Positions 54,893-64,000 of a stretch of 64,000 bases of DNA are shown one piece after another. The notes beneath the pieces are model-generated. The model was not told where the DNA came from and did not search any database. It was given only the letters and a program-made list of their open reading frames with translations. The DNA is from an uncultured Planctomycetota bacterium (GTDB lineage: Bacteria > Planctomycetota > Planctomycetia > Isosphaerales > Isosphaeraceae): contig CAWJTV010000039.1 of NCBI GenBank assembly GCA_963845755.1, positions 224,001 through 288,000 on the forward strand, read 5' to 3'. Positions within the stretch are counted from its first letter, which is position 1. Every line of letters begins with the position of its first letter. A program made the translations under genes and the position numbers.

Positions 54893-56940
54893 ATGCGGCG
54901 GATTCTCTCGCTCCCGGGGTTGGCGATCGCGGTCTGGGCGTCGAGCCTGGCGTTCCTTGGACTGCTGGGAATCATGACGGCTGTTCTTGCCTGGCACCCG
55001 CACTTCCTCCCGTTGACTTCGCTGCTGGCCCTGGTGATCATCGCGGGCCTGGCCCTGATCGGCGGTGCCTTGTGGCGGATCGTCCGGGGGCCGGCTCGTC
55101 TCGAGGCCCTATCGTGGCTGCTGGTGGGCTCGGCACCGCTGTTGTTCCTGGCCGGCTACTTCCTTTACGGCCTGGCGGTCGGCTACGGACGGACGATCCC
55201 GCTGAATCTCCCGATCAAGATGCTGGCCCCGCTAGGCGAGTCGATGATGGACCTCGAAGCTCGGTTCCGTTATCCCCAGCGGACTGTGGGTGAGAAGGTC
55301 GTCATGATCTCGACGCCGATGCCCGCCGATGAAGCCCGCGCCCAGGTGGCTGCGATGGACCGGCACGTCCGCGCCCTGGAGGAGCGGCTGGGCCGGACGA
55401 CCGCGGGGACCATTCACTGGGTTCGGGGGCGGTTGCTGGGTATCGATCGCCACGCCGTCTTCGGCCTGTGCCTGGGAAGCCGGCCGGGCCAGGACCCTCC
55501 GGATTCCGAGGGCCTGGCTGCAGTCGATCGTCATGAAGTCGCCCATTGTGTGCTGACCAGCCATTGTCCGCCCGCTTCGATCCGCCCGCCGTCCTGACCG
55601 AGGGCTGGGCCGAGGCCAATCAAGGCACCGACCTGGTCGATCAGGCCGCCCGCGCCTGGGATCAACAGATGCAAGGTAACGACTTGAGCCTCCGCGAGCT
55701 CATCGCGCCGGAATGGTACGACCGCCACGAGTATCCCGCTTATGTCCAGGGTGCCGCGCTGGTCAACTTCCTCCTGATGACTTTCGGGCCGGAACGGTTC
55801 CTCGAGCTCTACACCACCTGCACCCGTTCGAGTTTCGAGGCGGATTGCCGGCGCATCCTCGGCCGGGACCTCGATCGTCTCGATGCGAGCTTACGGGCCG
55901 ACATCGAGCGGCTCGCGGAACCTCAGAGGTCACCGGCTGGGCGGCTCCGACGCCTCGCGACCGGCCCGAAGGTCGCGCGCTCGGCCTGGGAGGCGTTCCT
56001 GGATCATTACGTTCCCGAGGCCGAACGCCTCCTCCAGCCCGGCCGGGATGTCCGCATGACGATCATCTCTCAAAAGGCGAGTACGAGACCGAGCGGGAAA
56101 ACGATCGAGTTCTCCGAGCGAATCGAATCCCAACGGACCGGCGAATGGTGCAGCCTGCACGTCTGGTCGAACGAAGGCGAGGCGGTTTATCTCGCCCACC
56201 CGCGCGGCTCGTTCGTCGCCCGCCGCAAGACTGCGGCCGATGCCTGGGAGATCCGGGAGTCCCGCGGGATGACTCCGGAGCGCTCGTACCGGCGAATCCT
56301 CTCGGAGATCGGCCATCGCGAGTTGTTGACCGACATGGCCGGCGGCCTCCTGACGGTGGCCAAGGGGCTACGAGATCGCGAGGACCCGTCGACCATGGCG
56401 GTTGTCGAGCTCACCCCGTTCGTCGAGGACGACCGCCGTTTCATCCGGGTCCGGCTGGAAGACCGAACGGCATCCGTTCCCCCCTGGCGTGAATACACGG
56501 TGGTCCTGGCGGCTGACGACCACTTCGCGGTGCGGTCCGATGAGATCGATCTCTCCACCGGGATGAAACTCACGGGCGAGTTCCTCCATGACCGGCACGG
56601 GGAGCTGCCCGTCATCCACTCGATACTCAGTTCGGGCCTCTGGGCCGACGGCACGCGGACCACGAGCCGTCTCACCGTCCTCGAGCGACGATTCGAGCCG
56701 ACGCTGGAGGCCGAGTTCGCCCGGGAGCATCTCCTGGCCGGTGCCCCGGTCCACACGATCACCGCGCCCGGCCCATACGACGGGGAACCCTCGGTGCTCA
56801 TGAGATGGTACCGATTGCCGTTCGCCGCCGGTGCAGTCGGCCTGTTGCTTGGCGCGGCCTTGCGGCTGCGCAGCGGACGCAGTCCTGGCAAGTCCTCGGC
56901 GGAACCACCGGGTGAGGTTTCGCCGGAGCCTATCGGCTAA
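54893..56940 (+). CDS. Membrane protein with a peptidase MA-like HExxH domain (frameshift near 55572)
   Basis: Three N-terminal TM segments, DRHEVAH, LTEGWAEA, AYVQGAALVNFL, C-terminal TM. Confidence 0.65.
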
Positions 56941-56959
56941 GAGCCTGTTCGAGAGCCCA

Positions 56960-57023
56960 GTAGGGTGGGTGAAACCCACCGAGAATCGGCCTCCTCGATC
57001 CTGGTGGGTTTCACCCACCCTAC
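56960..57023. repeat. GTAG-type REP doublet
   Basis: Perfect 21-bp inverted repeat gtagggtgggtgaaacccacc / ggtgggtttcacccaccctac. Confidence 0.88.
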
Positions 57024-57050
57024 AAAGGCCGGATGCCGTTCTCAGACCAC

Positions 57051-57111
57051 GTGCAGAATTTTCTGCACATGTCTCTTGACGCTCGGCGCCAAAGTGCAGT
57101 ACGATCTGCAT
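57051..57111 (+). promoter_or_regulatory. Putative sigma70 promoter with two palindromic operators
   Basis: TTGACG (57076-57081), 18-nt spacer, TACGAT (57100-57105). TGCAG-N6-CTGCA palindromes lie within 57051-57068 and 57094-57111. Confidence 0.65.
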
Positions 57112-57144
57112 GTTGGTCGATTACGAGGAGCGGAGGACGTCGTC

Positions 57145-57537
57145 ATGTCGCGATTTACGCCGGGGGAGCTCAAGGTCATGCGGTTGTTGTGGGAGCACGG
57201 CGAGCTGAAGCCGGCCGAGCTCCAGGAGCGGTTCCCCGAGCCGATCAAGAACCCCGCGCTCCGGTCGTATCTGACGACCCTGGTCGACAAGGGGCACGTC
57301 ACGCGGCGCCGGGTGGGCAAGGCGTTCTATTACAAGGCGGTGACGCGCTCGCGGTCGGCGTTCCGGACGATGCTCGGCGAGCTGGTGGATGCCTACTGCG
57401 GCGGTTCGGTCCAGGCTCTGGTCATGAACATCATCAAGTCGGAGCGGCTCAGTGCGGACGAGCTGATCGAGCTCAAACGGCTGGCCGACGGCGGGACTCC
57501 CGGGCCATCACTCTCTGAAAAGAGGGGCCGAAAATGA
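57145..57537 (+). CDS. BlaI/MecI/CopY-family repressor
   Basis: FTPGELKVMRLLWEHG, LTTLVDKGHV.R...GKAFYY, GGSVQALV. Confidence 0.92.
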   Translation: MSRFTPGELKVMRLLWEHGELKPAELQERFPEPIKNPALRSYLTTLVDKGHVTRRRVGKAFYYKAVTRSRSAFRTMLGELVDAYCGGSVQALVMNIIKSERLSADELIELKRLADGGTPGPSLSEKRGRK

Positions 57538-60500
57538 ACGGGTTCGCTTCCACGCTGGATTCATCGATCGGGCTCATGCTCACGATCAAGTGGACCGTGG
57601 TTCTGGCCCTGGCCTGGCTGGCGCATGCGTTGCTCGCGCGGCGGAACCCACGATGGCGCGTTGCGCTCTGGCGGACGGCCATGGTCGGGCTGTTGCTGGT
57701 GGCCATGCTTTCTGAGGTTCCTCCGATTGTCACTTATCGGCTTGTGCCCCGCGTTCAGCCCTTGATCGAGGCCGTGCCGACTGTGTCACCCGTTGCGGTC
57801 CGTGTCACTCCGGAGGTCAGCACGATTGGAGTGCAGCCGGGAATCGCCCAGGGGCGCCGCCCTTCGGGCGCCGAGGCTGGTCAGATCAGGTCGGACCCGC
57901 CGGCTGGGGTCGCAGCCAGCGAGGCCGGCAAGCCGCAAGGAGTACCGCGCCACGATTCAGCGACCAGGAAAGCTCAAGGAACTCAATGGGGAGCCGGGAT
58001 CGTCTCGGGGTTGTGGTCGATCTGGCTGGCTGGTGTCCTGGTGCTGACGGCCCGGCTGATCCTGGCAGGTCTGAGCCTGGCCCGGCTGGTTCGGCGGTCG
58101 TCGGAAGCTCCCGAGGCGATCGTCCGCGAATGTCGGGAGATCGCCGCACGGCTGGGATGTCGTGGGCCGGTCCGGGCTGCGCCGGACGCCGGAAATCGCG
58201 ACGCCCTGCCTGGCTGGGCTCTGGTGTCCCGTACTGCTGTTGCCGGAGCGGGAATGTGAAGACGGACGGCCCGACGACTTGCGGGCGATCCTCGCCCATG
58301 AGCTGGCTCATGCGCGGAATCACGACGTTGCCTGGAACTTCGTTGCCCACTTCGCCTCGATCCTGCTCTGGTTCCACCCGCTCGTCTGGCGAATTCGTGC
58401 GGTGCATGTGGCAGCGTGTGACGCCGTCTGCGATGCCGTGGCCGCCGACCTGCTCGGCGACGTCATCTCGTACCGCCGGACGCTCGCGCGGCTGGCGGTG
58501 CGAGCGGCCGGGCCGGCGCATGGGCTGGCCATGGCCCGGACGTCGGACGTGCGCCGCCGCCTCGATGCCCTGAATCGGATGGTCTTCCGAACCCCGCTTT
58601 CCTGGAGGCGTGTCGTGCCTGCGTTCCTCGTTGGGAGCCTTCTCCTGGTGCTCATCGGCGGCTTCGGCTTCACGCGGGCCGAACAGGCCGCACCCACGCC
58701 CAGGACCGGCGACACGGCCAAACCGGCGGACCCGACGAGGGCAGGGAAGATGACGATCCGCGCCGTCTCGGTGGAGACCCGTGAACCGATCGAGGGCGTA
58801 TCCATCGTCCATCGGAGGAGCCGCCCGGACGGGAAGAACGAGAAGGCGACCGTCGCGACCGGCAAGGACGGGACGGCGACGATCGAATATCCACCGAGCT
58901 TCAAGACGGGGTACTTCGAGATCACCGCCCGCACCCCGAGACTTGTGCCCATTTATCTCCTCTGGGACGACAAGCGGCACCCATTGCATTTGCCTTCCAC
59001 GAAGGAGCTGCGATTCGAGCCTGGCACGACCATCGGCGGGATCGTCAAGGACGAGGCCGGCCAGCCGATCGAAGGCGCCGCGGTCGGCGTCTATGCGCCA
59101 CCGACCGAGTACGAAGGGACGAGTCACGTCTTCTCCCTCGGGGAGCTCAAGACGGACGCACAGGGCCGTTGGCGTCTGGACGTGGCGCCTCGGCACCTCG
59201 GCGGGGTCTCGTTGTCCGTTGAGCACCCGCACTATCGGAGAAACAGCGGCATCGTGTCTCGCAACCTCGACAGTGCGATCGTTCTCACGAAGGGACTGAC
59301 GGTGACCGGTCGGGTCGTCGACGCCGCGGGCCGGCCGGTACGAGGAGCCCGGGCCATCATCGGAGATTCTCTTGTCCCCAACCGTCCGAGCGGGACGACG
59401 AACGAGCGGGGCGAGTTCACCCTGGAGAACTGCGACCTCGGCCCGACGATCGTCACGGTCCAGGCCGAGGGGTTCGCGCCTCGGATTCAGGAGGTCCGTG
59501 TCGAGGATCGGACCTTGCCCGTCGAGATTCGACTGACGGAGCCGGGATCGGTGCTCCGCGGCAAGGTCGTCGACATCGAAGGCAAGCCGGTCGCCGGGGC
59601 GTGGTTCGTCGCCGGCACCTGGCACGGGCACACGTCGATTCAGTTCCGGGTTGATACCGATCAGGACGGCCGATTTGAATGGAAAAGCGCACCCAAGGAC
59701 GTGGTGCTCTACGGCACCGGGAAGCTCGGCTACATGTCGAGCTCTCCTGTCCCGTTGACCGCGGCGGACCGGGAGCAGGTTGTCACCCTCTACCCCGAGC
59801 TAGTGATTACCGGCCGCGTCACGGACGCCGAGACCGGCCGGCCGGTGCCCAAGTTCCACCTGATCCGGGGCCAGAGGGTCGAGGGGCGGCAGGAGACCGA
59901 CTGGGCTGAGATGGAGAAGGTGGAAATCACGGGCGGTCGATATACCACCCGGTTCAGCGAGCCGTGGGGGCTCGCCTTCGTCCGGGTCGAGGCCCCGGGT
60001 TACCAGCCGGCCGACTCGCGCGCCTTCCGGTTGACCGAGGGTAACCAGACGTTCGACTTCCCCCTCCGGCGCGGCAAGGAGCCCGTATCCGGCGTCGTCC
60101 TGCTCTCCGATGGCCAGCCCGCTGCGGGAGTCGAGGTCGTGCTGGACACGCGGACGCTGGGCTTCTTGATGCAGCCGGGACGATTTGATCGCAACGCGAA
60201 TGTCCCGAGAGTTACGACCGGGCCCGACGGCCGGTTCGCTCTGACCCGGCCCGACGATCCGTTCCTCCTGATCGCGATGGGTGATGCCGGATATGCCGAT
60301 GCCTCGCCCGAGGAGATTGCGAGGTCCGGCAAGATGATGTTGCGACCGTGGGGGAAGATCGAGGGTGAGATCCGGATCGGCCGACAGCCGGCGCCTTACC
60401 AGCAGGTCGAGTTCCAACCCGCCCCATTCGAGCGCGGGGGACGGCCTTACGTCTTCACCAGCGGCTACACCACCGTGACCGACCCGCAGGGCCGGTTCGC

Positions 60501-62449
60501 ATTCGACCGAGTGGTCCCCGGCCCTGGGATCGTACGACGGTATGTCGCGAACACCGCCGCACCACTCGGGCTTCCGGCGTGGGGCTGGCAGGAGCCCGTC
60601 GAGGTCAAGTCCAATCAGACGGCCCGGGTAACCGTCGGCGGCAAAGGGCGGCCGGTGATCGGCCGGATGGTGATCGACGGCACGCCGGAGGCGCCGGTGG
60701 ACTGGACGAAGAACCAGCCGGTGGCGATCCGGCTCCCGGTCGATGAGCTGAAGGATCCTCTCGGCGGGCGTCGGTTCGCCGGGCACATCGACAAGGACGG
60801 CCGGTTCCGCATCGAGGACGTCCCGCCGGGCAACTATGTGCTGGAAGTCGCCGTGGACGCAACGTCCTATCCCCCAGTCGTGGGCGCGGTGACCGAGATT
60901 GGCGAGGCGAAGAGGCCCGTCACCGTGCCCGAGGCCCCGGCCGGCCGGCCCGACGTCCCGCACGACCTGGGGACGATCACGGCCAAGCTCTTCGAGACGC
61001 TCAAGGTCGGCGACCGGGCGCCGGACTTCGCCGTGCCGCGGATCATCGGCAAAGGACGAGGCGATCAACTCAGGCTCAGCGATTACCGGGGTCAGCTCGT
61101 TCTCCTCGACTTTTGGGCCACGTGGTGTCCACCTTTCCTGATCGACACGCCCACGTTCCAGGACATCCAGAAGACCTTCGGCAACGATGCGCGGTTCCAG
61201 CTCATCGGCCTGTCCTGCGACGAGACAGCCGGGGTGGCCGAGCAGTACATCAAGCAGAATGGTCTGATCTGGACGCAGGGATTTGCCGGCCACCTCCTGG
61301 CCGGAGTGAATGCGGGTAAGGAATACAAGCTCCGGGCGATCCCGGCGACATTTCTCATCGGCCCGGATGGTCGCATCCTGGCGAAGAACCTGCGCGGGGC
61401 CGAACTGAAAGAAGCGGTTCGTCGGGCGCTCCAAGGCAACAAGGTATTCTCCAAATCGCCGATTGCGACACGTCCACTGCGATTCCCGATCACGCGTTTC
61501 GATGCGCCCGACGAGAAGCCGGCCGCGGCGCCCTCGGTCGTCGTCCTCGACGACTGCGATGCAGACTTCGAGGAGAAGCGTCCCCATCATGACGCACTTC
61601 GCATCCTGTTCAAGACCGATAGCGGTGTTCATGCCAAGTTACTCCGAGAATTCAACACTGCCCAGACGGTCGGGGCGACCCATGGCGTCGCCCTTGACGC
61701 GGCCCGGGGCCGAATCTATCTGTGCGAGCTGGTGAGCCATGGTGTGACTGCGGTGGATTTCCGCGGCCGAAAACTCTGGCAGGTCGCCCAGATCCAGGCG
61801 GATGCCCTGGCGGTCGATCCCCGAACGGGGAACCTGTGGTGTTCCGTGGGCGAGGACCTTGCCCACGGTGAAACGGTCGTGCTCGACCCAACGGGTCAAG
61901 AGATCGCGAGCTTTCCATTTCGGGGGATCGACATCGCCTACGACCGGCGCACCGACGGGTTCTGGCTGGTCGGCTACGGGATCGCGAAGCTGAACCACGA
62001 AGGCAAGGTCCTTTTCCAGAAACCGCACGAAGGCTGGGCCTGCGTCTCGGTCGCGGTGAATCCGGGCGATGGCAGTATCTGGATCGTCGAGCGCAGCGCA
62101 TCCCAATGTGGCGCAGAGCGTCAATCGGCTCTGGTATCTCGACGCCAACGGAGCCAAGATCAATTCGTGGGATCTGAGAGCGAAGCTCATCTTCGGCGTC
62201 GCCTGCGAGCCGAAGACGGGCACGGCCTGGGTCGTGTCCCTCAGGTCCGATGTCCTCCGCTTCACGGCGGACGGCCGCGAGCTGCCGCCTCTTCCCGTTC
62301 AGGCCCGTGCCATCGCCATCAGTCCGACAACTGGAGAGGTCTGGGTGACGACGGACACGGAAATCCTGCGGCTCGATGCATCCGGCCAACCGAAGACTTT
62401 CTCTCGATTCGAATCCAATTCCGGGCAGTCCTGGCTGGCGGCATTCTGA
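57534..62449 (+). CDS. BlaR1-like M56 peptidase fused to carboxypeptidase-regulatory-like repeats, a thioredoxin-like domain and an NHL-like propeller (frameshifts near 58177 and 62095)
   Basis: TM segments, ILAHELAH, LWFHPLVW, CDAVA, repeated G.V.D..G.P..GA...TD..GRF, APDF...DFWATWCPPF...IPATFLIGPDG, and a propeller-like tail. Confidence 0.85.
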
Positions 62450-62574
62450 ATCACCAGGCATATCACGCGAGAATCGGGGCTGTGTGCGCCCTGGCAAGTA
62501 CCGGTTGCCGGGGAGTTGATCTGGACGGTTGGTCCGCCGATGATGATGGCGATAGCCGGGCGGCGGCCTCTGAC

Positions 62575-64000
62575 GCACGGGTTGGACATGGCCCGATCGT
62601 CGGATGTGCGCCGCATCGATGCCGTGAACCGGATGGTCTTCTGGACCCCACTTTCCTGGAGGCATGTGATGCCTGCGCTCTTCGCCCTGAGCGTGCTCTG
62701 GGTGCTCATCGGCGGCTTAGGCTTCCCGCGCCGAGCAGGCCGCTGAGGCGTCGCGAAAACTGACGCTCCGGGCTGTCGCCGCCGAGAGCAATGAACCGAT
62801 CGAGGGTGTATCCATCGCGTATACGGCTCGCATCGACGATGGGAAGTTCCTGGAAGCGACCGTGCTGACCGGTGACGACGGTACGGCGGCGATCGAGTGG
62901 GCGGCGACTGCGAAAGTCCACAAGCTATGGTTTACGGCCCGCTCGCCGAAGCGCGTTCCGATCCACATCGCCTGGGATGACAATCGGCATCCGATCAAAC
63001 TCCCGCCCGAGAAGGAGCTGCGGTTCGAGCCGGGGACCACGATCGGCGGGGTCGTCAAGGACGAGGCTGGCCGGCCGATCGAAGGTGCCACGGTCGACGT
63101 CCACGCACCGCCGACCGAGTCCGATCAGACCAATTCCGTCTTCAACCTGGGGACTGTCAGGACCGATGCTCAGGGCCGCTGGCGGCTGGACACCGCGCCG
63201 AAGAACCTGGCCGAGGTCTGGGCGCGGGTCGAACATCCTCATTACAAGGGGGACGGTACGCCCGTATCGCGCGACCTCAACCGTGAGATGATCCTCAAGA
63301 AGGGGCTGACCGTCGCCGGACGAGTCATTGACGTCTCCGGCCGGCCGGTGAGAGGAGCCAGGGCCATCTTCGGCCCCGAGCACCTGGGGACGCCTGGTCC
63401 GCCGAGAGGGACGACGAACGAGGCGCGGTGAGTTCACGTTGGAGAACTGTGATCCCGGTCCGTCGATCATCACGGTCCAGGCCGAGGGCTTCGCGCCCGG
63501 ATCGAAGACGTCCGAGTCGAGGAGAAGACTGCGCCCGTCGAGATCCGGATGACCGAGCCCGGTTCGATCCTGCGTGTGCGGGTCGTCAACGTCCAGGGCA
63601 AGTCGATCGCCGGAGCCGTCGTCGCTACCAATACCTGGCATGGACATCAGTCGATCGAGTTCCGGGCCGAGACCGACCAGGATGGCCGCGTCGCATGGCG
63701 TAGCGCCCCCCGGGACGTCGTGCGCTACAGCATCGGCAAGGAAGATTACATGTGGATCAATCCCTCGTTGACCGCATCCGAGCGCGAGCAGACCGTCACC
63801 CTGTACCCGAGGCTGGTGGTCAGGGGTCGCGTGACCGACGCCGAGACGGGTCGGCCGGTTTTGAAGTTCCGCGTCGTCCATGGGATGAAGCGCGATCGTC
63901 CGGGCCGGAGGGAGTGGGACTGGTCCGAGGTCCAGGCGGTGGAGGTCACGGACGGTCGATACACGGTCCCGATCGACCGGACGGGCGAAGGCGCGTATCT
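62575..64000 (+). pseudogene. Headless paralogous copy of the BlaR1-like gene, from the post-M56 TM onward (runs off the window)
   Basis: HGLDMARSSDVRR-IDAVNRMVFWTPLSWR and KELRFEPGTTIGG.VKDEAG.PIEGA are colinear with about 58517-59950. No M56 domain or blaI upstream. Confidence 0.8.

Overview
GC-rich bacterial DNA whose gene set (ECF sigma/Ser-Thr kinase pairs, DUF1570, planctomycete-type LRR, BlaI/M56 megaprotein) points to Planctomycetota, probably Isosphaeraceae-like (inference). In order: the 3' part of an RHS/YD protein with an unrecognised C-terminal domain, an LRR protein, a GT2-GT2-TPR glycosyltransferase, an ECF/kinase-WD40 pair, mqnD-acnA-pdhABC-rhaA, and an L-rhamnose ABC transporter/GH78 cluster. 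That cluster is split by about 4.7 kb and about 18 kb of cargo (MazF-type TA, IS481-, IS701- and IS1-like elements, a second ECF/kinase pair, hydrolases). The window ends with a DUF6036/DUF4262 pair and a BlaI-BlaR1(M56) locus followed by a headless second copy of its sensor region. It is dense in REP/MITE-like palindromes, three of them inside one coding gene. About 20 small frameshifts occur, most next to GCGC, which suggests methylation-linked long-read errors rather than real pseudogenes. No rRNA, tRNA or CRISPR array was recognised. All family calls come from motif recognition by eye, not from database searches.
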